A stretch of 64,000 bases of DNA from Cenococcum geophilum (taxonomy: Eukaryota). Each line of letters begins with the position of its first letter. Positions within the stretch are counted from its first letter, which is position 1. The stretch spans positions 3,286,001 to 3,350,000 of the forward strand of contig CP158635.1 in NCBI GenBank assembly GCA_050273025.1, in the 5' to 3' direction. This document shows positions 1-12,979 of the stretch, piece after piece. The notes below the pieces were generated by a model that did no database searches, was not told the origin of the DNA, and saw only the letters and a list, made by a program, of their open reading frames with translations. The position numbers were made by a program, and so were the translations under genes.

Positions 1-1683
1 AATATATACTAATAACTTAATTACATAGGCTAAAGTCCTCTTAATATAATTTGGATAAACCACGCTAAATTATCTAGAGTTAATTAAAGAGCTTTTAAAG
101 ATAATTAAGTTAAGAGGCACCTAGGTTTATAGCAATAATTCTTAAAAAGGTAGTCTCTCTCTACTCCAACATATACTGCTGCTTATTCTCCTATTTTAAA
201 GTAGCATCTTATTTTATATATTATTCGGTTAAAATTATATCCTTTTCCTACCAAACGATTATAATAGAAGGTACTAGCTTGGCCCTTAAGCATAACTAAA
301 TAAGTAATGTAGTATTAATTAGGTTCTAGTTTAACCTTCTAGTAATAGTTATAGAAGATACATAACTTTAAATTAAGGATATTATACAGTTCTTTACTAA
401 ACTTCTTCTCTTATTCTAAATAGAGCTTTATAAGCTCTATAAGCATTTTTAAGGTGCCTCCAATTAGTGTTTAGCTACATTATATTATAGGCTGCAATAG
501 TGACGTAGATCTAGTTAGTGGAGTTTAAAGGTTATTAAACCGCGAAGTAAGGGGATCTTACGCTTATTAGGGGTTATTAATTAAGGCTATAGGTTAAGCT
601 AGTTAATATAGGGAAGTTAAAGACAGAGGTAGAGGCGATAGATATAGAATATTAGAACTTATACCTAGAGTAATAGAGTTAGAACGCGTCTCTAGTGGTG
701 TATTACTTAGGTTCTATTATAATTTAAGCTTCTTTATAGTGCGTAGTTAGTACTTAATCTCTTATAGAGTCTATTTATGCTCTTCCTTTACATTAATAAC
801 GTGTTCCTAAATATTATCCCTAATACTACCCCTATCTATAGGGACAAATACTCTATACTCCTAAAGGAAGTTACGAAAGTCCTATACAATATCTTTATTT
901 ATAGGAACCTATATTTCCTTTATCTATTTAATAAAGTCCTCCTTTATACAATACTATAGCACGGTATTATCGTATTCGCTGTCTTTATAGTATTCTATAC
1001 GGTATATTAAGAATCTATTTAGGTCCTATTGCTTAGCGGTTACAAAGTTAGTTATGGCTCTATCCTATATCTCTAGGTTAATATCTTTCTTATACTTCTT
1101 TAGATAGGTTAACGCTATAGTAGGTAGAATTAACAAGGTGTTATATATTAAAGGTAGGCAGGATTTTTAGTTTTATAGGATCTTGTAGGTTTACTGTCCA
1201 AAGGTAAGCAATTTAAGATATTATTTAACGCGTTTCAGATATCAACTTAGGACCTTAGGTTTAGTAACACTTTTAACCTAAAGTACTTAACCAAATCTTT
1301 GTAAACGTAATTATTCTATATAATGGACGCAACTTAGTATCTCCTAATACTTAGTGACACTTCTATTACTAGTTTTCCGTAAGTTTAAGATAATATAGTA
1401 TTACCGGGATCCATTTCATATAAGCGCATATAACACCCCTATATAAAACTATCTCTTCTATTAATAACCTAGCTGCTCTATAGTTAACTATGTATTTAAC
1501 CACTGATTAGTATTAGTGTTATAGGGTAACTCACTAATGCTACTTAAGTAGATATAGTAAATATTAGTTATAAAGCTTGTTGTTTAGAATTAGGGGGTAG
1601 GTAAGGAACCTAAGGTTCCTCACTACGCTAGTGCCGTGGCGACACGTGATAATACGTAACGACCGCTTGCCTTATTCCCGACA
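1..1683 (-). mobile_element. 5' part (LTR 1511-1683 plus gag region) of a RIP-mutated Ty1/Copia element, same family as 25823-31911; runs off the window edge
   Basis: Reverse complement aligns with ~25823-27510, with mostly C>T/G>A differences; LTR outer end ...cttattcccgACA at 1683. Confidence 0.92.
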
Positions 1684-4340
1684 GTAAGTTTATTTAATAA
1701 GTTATTACTAGATATAAAGGTATTTCTAGGTTTAAGTAATTCTTATAGACGTTTAATTTTAGTATTAGCTACTATAAGCCTATCCTAAGGGTTTAAAATA
1801 GTAACTATTTTACAATTAGAGGTATTTAAAGATTCTATAGCTTCTTTATTAGCTACTATATTTCTTAAAATAGTAAAGAGGATATATATATACCTATAAA
1901 ATTAGATTATTTATTAAAAAGGATCTAAAGCTAAAGAAAGAGAAGGGGAAGAATAGTAACGCTACTTAAAGTAGAGTTTTTATACGGTCCTCTACTATTA
2001 TAATGCTTATAATAGGCTTTTTCTAAAAGCTATATTAGCTAAGTTATAGTTAAATAGATAAGGGGTAAGAGGTTTTATTAGTATCTTAAAAGGATTATAA
2101 AAGAAGCTAGTTCTCTATTAGAGAATAACTAGTAATTTATCTTTAAATAAAAAAAGTTAAAAAGGAATTATTTTTTAAATATATAATATATCTTATATTT
2201 AAACTACCTATAACTTTTATTTAATACTATTAATTAGTTAACTATATGTTTTAGTTAAAGGCCTTACTAGCCTCTTATAATACTTTAAAATACTTTATAC
2301 TAATACTTTATATATAATTATAACCCTATTATATATCTTAAATTTACTTAATAGAGCTTTATATAAATAAAATATAGTTAAAGAAATTTAAAACTTTTAG
2401 TTAAGTAATTCTCTAAATTTTAAGAGATTACTTAAGCACTATACTAGTGCCATAAACTAGATAGGTTTATTAGAATATCTAAGAAAATAAAAGGGGGTAT
2501 TAAAATTCTTAATAACCTCTAACGCTAGAAAGAGAACTCTTATTTTATAGATTATATAGGAAAATCCTCTAAGAATCTTAGAAAATCTAAGAAATCCTCC
2601 TTAGATAAACTAAGGCAAATTATAACTAAATAAAAAAGACAAAAAACCTATATAATCTTGGTATATCCGAGATTCTAAGCCAAATATTTAAAAATATCCA
2701 ACCACTAATTAGAATTAGAATCTTTTGGAAATTTATAAGGAGCTAGTAATATTTATTAATAAATTTTAAGAAAAATAAGCAATTTTACGTACCTAGTTAA
2801 AGACTATCCTTAAACTTAATTTTAGAAACTTTCTTTAATATAGCTACCTGCGCACCGTTAATATTAAGCATCTTAATAGAAAATCCAAAAAATTAGTTAA
2901 TTTTACTCGGAAAAAATATATCGAAAAAAAATTATATTAGAAAAAACGAGAATTAAATATCTTTTTAACTAAGAAAGTACTAAAAAGAATCTTAAAAAAG
3001 GAAAGTAAGTAAGACCTATATCTCCCAAATGCCTTAGGCATCCGTTTATTTTTATTAAGGTTAGAATTTCCCTAAAAAAAGTTAGTTTTATTAAAATATA
3101 TAAGAAATAAACTAGATTTCTTACCTCCTAAAGGCCCTTCTTTATATACTATAGCTCTAGAATTAATTCCTAGATAAAATAAGAAATTAAATTACTAATA
3201 TCGGAATTTTTAATAATATACTTTATAATTATAGTTATAAGGAAGTTTGTTAACCGCCTTAGTGCCATTAATTTTACCTTTAGAAGGCATTTTCTAAAAA
3301 AATATTAAATTAGTTTTTTTTATTGGAAAAATCGCGAAAATATACTGTATTTTAGATGCGGTAGGTATAATATCTAAAATCTATGTCTTTATGGCCCTAG
3401 AAACCAGCCCTAAAATATTAAAAGAACTGGGAAAAAATATAATATTTCTTACCTTAACTTCTCTTTAAGATTTTTATCTTGTTTATCCTAAATAGAATTA
3501 GTATATTCTTAAAGCTACTAAGAAAAAAATATACCTTTAATAGCTTTTTTAATAACTATCTTTTCTGGTATACTGCCTTTTTAGTAGTAGTTGCGGCAGC
3601 AGCACTAACAGATCTAATATCTAAATTTTAAAATAATTTTTAGAAAAAATAATAAAATAATAAAAAGGAAATAGAGAAAACTATAAGTTAATATAGTAAG
3701 AGGCCGCATATTAAATGATTCTTCCTAGTAAGAAAGAAAGCCTAGTATATTAGAAAATCCAATAATTAAGTAATTGCTATAGTAGAAAACTAAAAAACAA
3801 ATTTCCTAAAAAAATTTAAGTTGTTAATTTTAAGCTAATATGTTAAAATAACTAAGAAACTACTAAGCGATATAATATAAAACTAAAAAAGAAAAAAAGA
3901 GATTTTTATAAATTTAAAAATATAGTTCTAGAAGACTTTTTTTTCTGAAAATACATGAAAATCATATAACTTGAAAAATTGCTTACTTAGGAGGCATTTT
4001 AGAAGCTCTAAAAGAGCTATGGGATTGTTATTCTAGTATATAAGTTAGTATATAACGTATATAGCTAATATAAAGCTCTAGCTTACTTAATTTTTGCTCA
4101 TTAATTGAGCGTTAGGGTGTTTGAGGTTGAAGAGCTTGATCGAGAGTGAAGTTATCTCGGGCGCCAAGCCCTCGCGTATGCTAGGCCGTTTTAGGATTGG
4201 CGCCCCGACCGTCCGCGCCTGGACGGTTACCATCCGAGAAGAAGAGCGCGTACAGACGCGTATGGCTCGCTTCCTGGGGTGCGACGTTACCTCCCCTCCC
4301 CGGGAAACACCGTGATATTTTCACCGGGACTAGGGGTAGA
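1684..4340. mobile_element. Heavily RIP-degraded repeat of unknown class with a GC-rich right end abutting the ankyrin gene relic
   Basis: Extremely AT/TpA-rich, with stop-riddled coding-like frames on +; abrupt switch to GC-rich sequence at ~4100 and an imperfect hairpin at ~4310-4327; no domain recognised. Confidence 0.4.
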
Positions 4341-5083
4341 GAATAAAATTATAGCTTACCGTTGCTTCCAGTATATCTGCACTGATGCATTTTCCGAGCG
4401 CTTGGACGGCAGAACCCTTCCAGCAGAGAAATTAGAGATCGTCACCAGAAACACATCATATCTTGAGTATCCAGTGCTGCATTGGATGGACCACGGAAGG
4501 ACCGCATCTCTTGGTATCACCGAGCTCTTCAATTTAGAAGAGCAATTCTTTAGACAACACTCCAGATTGAGGCCGATCTGGTTTCACGCGTACTGGAAGT
4601 CACGTCACAAATATCAAAAGAGCCATATCTCCTCACAGTTTTACCTCTTGCCGCGTATTCCGGGTTATTATGGTTAGCGGTAAAGCTGTTTCACAGTGGC
4701 TATGAAGCAGACGTCAATAAAATTGATTCTACAGGCCGCGTGCCACTGCACTGGGCAGCTATAGAAGGGCACGAGGCGATGGTCAAGCTGCTGCTCGACC
4801 ACAACGCCAACATCGACACGAAGGATGAGGATGAATGGGCGGCGCTACACTGGGCAGCAATTAGGGAGCATAGTGCGGTAGTCCAGCTGCTCCTAGAGAA
4901 TAGGGCAGACGTTGAAGCAGCAGACGGGAGTAACGTCGCTGATGCTGGCGGCACATTATGGGCGACCAGCGATAATGAACGTGCTTGTATAGAAGGGGGC
5001 GGATGTCGAGGTAGAAGGCGAATATGGGACGGCGCTGATAAGAGCTTCTATGGGAGGACACAAAGAGGTAGTGCAATCCTTGC
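4340..5083 (+). pseudogene. Ankyrin-repeat (NACHT/NLR-like) gene relic, part 1
   Basis: YRCFQYI...LEYPVLHWMDH resembles the post-NACHT helical region; ankyrin repeats PLHWAAIEGHEAMVKLLL and ALHWAAIREHSAVVQLLL; frameshifts; cut by the hAT insertion. Confidence 0.8.
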
Positions 5084-5459
5084 CAGGGTGGTTGTCAATA
5101 AGTCAATAACGCTTCAATCAATATTGATATTGATTGGTCAATATCAATCAATATTGATAATCTTGTCAATAATTGAATAACAGCTAAGCTACTCCAAGCT
5201 CATCATTTGTAATACCACTCCGTTTCCAATGTTTTGAACACTACTCTCTCAATATTTTCAGCTCCTAGTTGCGCCCTTTCCCATAAGATTATACGACGAG
5301 CTCCTAAAAAGACTCTCTCTGGCTCATCACTTATCGCTAGAATTAATAGAATATTAATTGCCATATACAATAATCTTAGCTAACGTTTTCTTTATTAATC
5401 TTAACACCACTATTTAAAAGCAGATAGCTTCCTAATATCGTACGGTTCTCCATTGCTAT

Positions 5460-5598
5460 CCCTTAACCCGTTAAAATTGGTCCTTATGTTATCGATAATA
5501 GTCCACCAATCGGATTAGCTGAATTTAATGGCCGCATAGTCTTGATTCCGGTGTTCGCGCACAGACCACGTCCTCTAGGGACCTTGACGGGTTAAGGG
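5460..5598. mobile_element. 139-bp MITE with CCCTTAAC termini and apparent AT TSD (piggyBac-like family)
   Basis: TIR cccttaacccgt(t/c)aa at both ends; flanks ctAT / ATag; internal motifs shared with 45160-45785 and 61659-61968. Confidence 0.85.
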
Positions 5599-5606
5599 AT
5601 AGTCTT

Positions 5607-7877
5607 TGTAACCGACTACCGGACCCTGCATATTGCCCTGTTTCACTAGCGTCAGCACTACCCTCGTATGTCTCGGATATGGTTGAAATGACTCATAGGC
5701 TTCGGAGTTAGGGGTCTACTTTCATGTATTTATACCACTTGATTTCCATAGATTTACAATTAAGTCGCTCGTTCAATTCCCACACACTGCAAAGCTTACA
5801 GTTATGAGCCCGGCCTGCCTACCGTACTGCATCTGATCTGTACATCCAGCGCTTACTAAGCAATCAATCTACTACGTTCAAGAAGTCACTACTTCTTCCA
5901 CCTTTGCAAGTGTCTTGAGCTTCTTCATTTACCAAACGGACGGACGATCGAACATCAATCACATCGAACATCGATCAAATCGAACATCGATTAAATTGAA
6001 CATCGAACACATCGATTGCATCGAACATCGATCGAAACGAACCCGACCGACCGTACGACCCTTGACCGTACGAACGACCGACCGACGAACGGACGAATCA
6101 AATCAAAGCTTCGGAACGTCAAAATAAGGTTCTGCCAAGACGCTATCTGGACCCTGACCTGGACCCTTACTGACCTGTCAAATTCCAAAAATGACGACCT
6201 CTACCGAATCAAAAATCAACCTTATCCTCAACCAGCCATCCGATTGGATTCAATGGTTCTTTATCATCCAAGACACAGCCAAAACTAACAAGGTATGGGA
6301 GTATATCGACCCATCCAAGAAGAAAGATAAGCTTCCAAAGCTAGAACCACCGCATCGACCTGTACCAGCGGACGTACTTCCGAATGCTACATCGATAGCT
6401 CAGCTAGACCAAATTAAGCTCACAGCCTACAATCAGCTCTACGCCGAATACAAAGACGATCTCCGCATACATGAGTAGCGAGAACAGGCTATAAACGGTA
6501 TCAGCAACTACATCGTTCGCTCTACATCGGTAGCCTACCTTCCCCTCATCGACGGCCTTGATACGGTACACGAACGGCTTCAAGCACTGAAGACTGCACT
6601 TGCCCCTACCACCTCAGGTCGAAAGCACGACGTCCTTCAATACACGGCTCTAAAAGCCTACGGTACAACACAAAGCATCGAAAAATGGTTAAACAGCTGG
6701 CGGAACATCTATAAACTTGCGGAACAGTTGGACCTACCAGACGTACAGGGATTTAGGCCACACTATGATTTCATTCGAGCAATCAAACCAATCTCTTCTA
6801 GCTTTGCAGGAGCACTAGAAGTAGATCTTATTCGCAAAGAACGGAAGGACGAAGAAGCCCCATCCATTATCGATCTAATTGAGGAATTCAAAGAGCACTA
6901 CCGCATGCAGCAATCGGCATCATCTTCTACCACTACGACTGCCAATCACTCTGCGTTTGCAACACTTCAAAATAATTCCCCTGTCTCTTCAGTAAAGACA
7001 TGCCTCTGTGGTGAAGAACACCTATTTCGGGAATGCCAATATCTAATTGAGAGCCTAAGACCCCATGGGTGGGTACCCAATGAGAAAATACAACAGCAAA
7101 TTGATGAAAAGCTCATGAGATATGAGAGACTTGCTGCTGCTGTTGAGAAAGCACAAAAGGAGGCTTCCCAGAGGATGCCTACTACCGCTACTAATGATGA
7201 AGAACCATTGAATCCAGTCAGATGGCTGGTTGAGGATGAGGTTGACTTTTGATTCGTTCGTGGTCGTCATTTTTAGAATTTGTGGGGTCAGGCAGGGTCC
7301 AATTGGTGTCTTGGCGAAAACCTTATTTTGACGTTCCGAACTTTTGATTTGATTCGTCCGTTCGTCGGTCGGTCGGTCGTACGGTCGGGGTCGTACGGTC
7401 AGTCGGGTTCGGTTCGATCGATGTTCGATGTATTCGATGTTCGACGTAATCGATGTTCGATGTTCGATTTGATCGATGTTCTATCGTCCGTCCGTTTGGT
7501 AAATGAAGAAGCTCAAGACACTTGCAAAGGTGGAAGAAGTGACTTCTTGAACGTAGTAGATTGATTGCTTAGTAAGCGCTGGATGTACAGATCAGATGCA
7601 GTACGGTAGGCAGGCCGGGCTCATAACTGTAAGCTTTGCAGTGTGTGGGAATTGAACGAGTGACTTAATTGTAAATCTATGGAAATTAAGTGGTATATAT
7701 ACATAAAAATGGGCAACAAAAAGATGATGACGATGATGCACAATTGCCGAGGTAGACAGCGCTTACAGTCGGCAATAGGTAATGGAAATAGGTAGTGAGA
7801 CATAGGTAGTGAGACATACGATGTCAAGAAACGGATGGTGAGTCATAAGGTAAGGCGAACCTCAGTAGTCGGTTACA
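5607..7877. mobile_element. Gag-only Copia-derived element with inverted LTRs (5607-5800 on +, 7628-7877 on -)
   Basis: Termini tgtaaccgactac / gtagtcggttaca; 5-bp TSD gtctt (5602-5606, 7878-7882); Copia-type PBS gttatgagccc inside both LTRs; ~500-bp inverted homology. Confidence 0.9.
6191..7252 (+). pseudogene. gag: Copia-type Gag, one reading frame with a single TAG at 6476-6478
   Basis: ORFs 6191-6478 and 6728-7252 share a frame and the gap is open; zinc-knuckle-like CLCGEEHLFREC; the last ~20 codons are the antisense of the inverted arm. Confidence 0.8.
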
Positions 7878-10800
7878 GTCTTCGTACTTATCCTAACTTA
7901 CTAGCCAAGCGTATATTCCTAGATCTTAAGCAATCCAATCAAATTTATTAAGATCTTAATCTTAAGAGGGTTTCCTTTCGTACAAGGAAGGAGTAAAAGG
8001 AGTAAGTACTTTTTCCTAATAAGACTTCTAAAGCTCTTTTACCTTTTATAGTATTAGCTTTTACTATTTAGCCTTTTAGTTTACGCGAATATACTTTATA
8101 TAACGGTTTAGATAAAGAATAAGGGCAGCTGTATAAAGAGGAGAGTTGTTAGTTTTACTATAGTACTTATTAAAGGTCTCCCATCCCTTCCTAATTTAGG
8201 AGCTAAACTCCTTATTAGAAGTATACTTAGACTACTATATAGTATTAGCCTTATCTAACCTAATTAAGAATTCTACTTATAAGGGCCTTTTTAAAGTGCT
8301 TAATAAGAATATCCATAGTAAAGAGTACTCTATTAATTATCGTGTAGTCTCTCTAAGTTTCTAAGGTTACTTAATAGAATAGTTAAAGGAATATCTTAGT
8401 CGTATAAAGAAATTCCCAGTCCTTTAGATAGAGATACTCCATCTAGAGTATAATAAAGTAGCTCTTTAAATATATATTAATGGCGCTTAATTATTATTTA
8501 GCTATAGCTAGTATCTAATACTAGCTATTCCATCTTATCCGGTTATTAAGTAGAATTATTCTTCCTACTAGATCTTTAAACTCCCTTATATAACTAGCCG
8601 AATTATAAATATATATAATATTATTATAAAGCTTTCTAAGTAGTCCTATAGCCTAAAAAGCTGCCCTTTACTTAGCTTCGCCTTCTACCTTCCCTTTTCC
8701 TTCTTATTTGTTATATAACTTAAGTTACTCTATCTCTATTAGGCCCTAAAAAAAAGCTTATATAGCTAAGTTAATAATATAGCTAGTATAGCAGATCTGT
8801 TACGGACGCTTTAAGTACAATATTACGACTACTTAGAGAAGAGTTAGAAGAAGCTAGTTGGTTAATCTAGGTATGGTTTAAGATAAAACTAATAGAGCTA
8901 TGTGACAAGGAATGGTAACTAAGGTCACGTGACGTAATCTATATAATCCGTAGGATCTATGTAATCTATAATAGAGTAGATAGAGCACACGTATATTACG
9001 TATAAGAAGGATTTTATAGGAGTACGGTTGTGTATTTAAGGACCCTTAGTCCCTACCTAGATAGTTCCTTCCTTATAGTAATTCTCAGAATACAATTAGA
9101 GTTAATCTATTAGGCAACTACTCCACTAGTTATTATTACGTTATTAACTTTAATTTATATTACCTATACACCTAGCCTAATAACGAGCCTATTGTAGTAC
9201 TTGCTATAAGGTTCCGTTATATAATTACTACCTAGTTACGGTATTAAATATAGAAAGTTAAATAACATACCACTAAAAGCAGCCACCATAACGCCATTAA
9301 CGGCGGCAACTACTTTAAGGTTAGGAGGTAACACTAGTATAGCAGATACTAACTTATAGCAACCTATAACGGTCGGATAATTATAAGAGATAGTTGACTA
9401 ATTAATAACAAATAATGCGGCGCTAGAAGAAAGGGTTAATAGGATAGAAGCAGTAAAGATTAAGCTACTATTAATCAAAAGGTTCTTAGGAGAAAGATTA
9501 AAGCTTAAAGGATTCCTTATGTAGATGCACTTTAAAGTTATATAAAAAGGGGTAAAGCTACTAACACCTATGGATTGAATAGCCTATGCGGGACTATTCC
9601 TATTAGGAAGGGCACTTAAGTAGTTTAAGCCTTACCTTATGGAAATATAGGTAAACGGAATAATAACTACTAATTAGGAGGTACGATTTATATTCTTAAG
9701 CTAGGAAGGGTTTATAGAGCAACTTATATAAATATTTGGAGACCTAGAGGCGGTAACTATAGCGAAAAGAAAACTCTAAGATATTACGCAATAAACCTTA
9801 GTAATTAAGTACATAATATAGTTCTAGACGTTAGCTATATAAGTTAAGTAAAATAATAAGGCGCTTATAGCATAGTATAAATAAGGACTTAAGGCTAAAG
9901 TTTAGGACGTAATTATCCTAATAGAAGATGCGGATACCCTAAGGGAGTTAATAGATTAAGTAATTAAGATTAATAATTAAATCTACCAAAGGGAACAGGC
10001 TAAGAGAGGTTAGGATAGAGTTTTATAGTTATATAAGGCGCAAAGTACGCAATAACTAAAGCCAAATTAGAAACTATGGTATGGCGTAGAGCTAATAGAC
10101 CTAAGTGGTACTAAGGAAGCCTATAAAAGATAAAGTAAGAAACTATAAAAACCTAGAGGTTAAGGATTTAGTAATTATAGGACTAAGGAGCAGAGGCTAA
10201 ATTAGGGATTTTAGCAGCAGAAGATGTTTAGGCGGACTCTATAGTAAAGTTAGTGGTTTAAAGATAGAGCTTATATAAATTATGGGAAATAGGGTTACTT
10301 TATAAGGGATTATAAAGACAGTTAGAGTTACTATATAATAAAGGGAACTAAACTAGTAGAAGATATATATATATAGAGGGATAATAGTATACTATGAGGA
10401 ACAAAGGAATATTTAATTAGAAGTTTTGCGTTCTATTATAACAACGCATACTAAATTTATAAAGACGCTAAGTATAGCGTAAGCTATTAGCTATAAGAGC
10501 TAAAATCCTTAGAATATAAGGGGATTAACAAACTATCGCGTAGATTAAATATTAAAGACGATAAGTTTAATATAGGCGAAACATTTATAAACAATAAGGT
10601 AATAAAGGCAGCTTACTAAGAGCGTGTAAACCTTAAAAAAGTTATATTAGAAGTAGAAACTAAGACCGCTATAGAGCAAGGTTTAGTAACGGGTATTATA
10701 ACACCGTTAGATACGGCATCTATTACTTTATAAAACAAAAGGAAGAGTATCTTAAAGAGATTAAGTAAGCAGACAACTGCTAGTGCTAATTTATTACTTA

Positions 10801-12979
10801 ATAAAGGTAAAAGGCCAAAGGCTTAAGATTCTTAAAATAAGATAAGAGATAACTAAGATTCTTAAGACTAGATAAGGCACACCTAAGGACCCATAACGGA
10901 CGAAAACCAATAGAGTAGGGTAATAGCTTAGTTTAAAGATATACAAATAAGCTTAGGATAGAGTTTCCCACAGGCATAAGATTCTTAAGACGAGATAAGT
11001 AAGATTTAAGACTTTTAAGACGAGATAAGAATACTTAAGCTTAGTTAAACTAAGGTAGGAGTAAAGCTTAAAATAGAAGTAAGCTAAGGATTAAGAATCC
11101 TATAGGACTAAGATTTCAAGACATAAATAAGGACTATTAATAAGATTAAGAAGCAGAAAGACTTTAAGAATATACTTATAAGATATAAAAAGAAAGAAAC
11201 TATAGAGGAATTTAGAGCGAGAATTACCTTATAGTAAGAATAGAAACTAAATAAGAGGTTTAGTATACTAGGTTATATAAAGGACAAAGCACCTATATAA
11301 AGAATTACTAATAGGCCTAAAACAGGCATACTAAGAGCTAAGTAGCTTACTAAACTGGAATAAAAAGAGAATTTAGGGATCCTAACTAGGTTTAAAGAAC
11401 AATATATAAAAGGCTATAAGTCACATTAAAGGAGCCTTAATTATAATATTAAAAGATCTAGAGAAGCAATTAGAGAACTAAAAAAGTAAGAGGTAAATCT
11501 TAGTACCTGCAAATAAAGTTACAACGCTTAGATTAATATAAGAAAGGTTTAAAATTAAGGATAAGAATAAGCTAAGAGTTAACCTAAAACACTAAGTATA
11601 CTATATATTAGCGTAGATCGCATATATAGATAATATATATAACATATAACTATAGAGTATCTAAAGATAAGAACCGGAAGTACCTAGTAAGGATATATTA
11701 GGTACTAGATAAGGCGAAGTATAGAAATGCTAAGTATATATATAGTTAGCACCTAGTAGAAGTGCAAAGCTAAGGGGATTTAGTACTTTAACTAGGAAGA
11801 TTCCTTATAGAAGAATGCCTAGATGGATAATAGTAGTGGGAATATCTAGAGAACACGTATTTATGGTATATTAAAGATAAAAAGCGAACTAAGTATTGGC
11901 TAAAAGTAGACTAAGTACTAATAGGATTAAGCAGCTAATAATTAGGAAAAGTAGAGGCCTATAAAACTAGAGGGAACTAGTAATAGAGTCTTAGACCTTT
12001 AAAGGAATTTAAGGACGACACCTAAATTTACAAGTTAAGTGGTAAGATTAATAGTTTAAAGTATTAATAGATAGTAAAGTAATAAAGAACTATATCTTAC
12101 TAATAGCAGTTAAAAGAATAGGATTACTATATAGGAAAAAGAAGCACCCTTACCTATTAGTAATAATTTTTAGAAGATCCGATAGCCTACAGGGGAGGTA
12201 TTATTAATCTTAAAATAGGACCTATTTAGTTAACTTTTAAAGGGAGATAAATCGAGATGTCTTTTAATATATTACTATTAGGGAATAATAAGGTAGTATT
12301 AGGAATACCTTAGTTACAGGAATATAATCCAAAGATTAATTAGATTACCGGTTAGGTTAATATTAGGGATACTTAACGGCGCAAGATATAATAATAAGCT
12401 AAGTTAGTATAGTACTAAGTAGGAGCGACCTATAAAGAAATAGAAAAAGGATTAAGTTATATACCAAAGAGATACTATAAGTATGGCAAGAAACTATAGT
12501 TACCAAAAAGTAAAAAGCTATTAGAGTATATAGTATAAGACTATAAGATAGAATTAGAACTAGGAATAAGTTTAAGGTTCTTTCTAATCTACAAGCTTAC
12601 TAAAGAGAAAGGTAGAGCATTAAAAGAGTTTATCTAAGAAAACTTATAAAAGGGATATATTAGACCATCGTAGTTATTAGTAGGTTATCCAGTACTATTT
12701 ATATTAAAGAAGAATAGCAAACTAAGGCTATATATTGACTATAGATAGTTAAACAGCATTACTAGAAAGGATAGGTATTCTTTACCCTTAATTAGCGAAA
12801 TCTAAAATAGGATAGGTAACGTATAAATCTTTATAAAGATAGATCTAAGATAGGCGTACTATTAGATTAGAATTAAGGAAGGCAATAAATAGAAGGCAGC
12901 CTTTAGGTTAAAGGAAGGACTATATAAACTATTAGTTATGCAATTCAGGCTTATAAACGCACTAGCAATATTCTAAAAG

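Noticed and set aside
777..959. Short AT-rich ORFs in repeat regions (also 13438, 17341, 30383, 38693)
   Set aside because: Chance or antisense frames within RIP-mutated retroelements.
4300..4340. Helitron 3' end (hairpin plus CTAG)
   Set aside because: CTAG is followed by G rather than T and no RepHel remnant was recognised.
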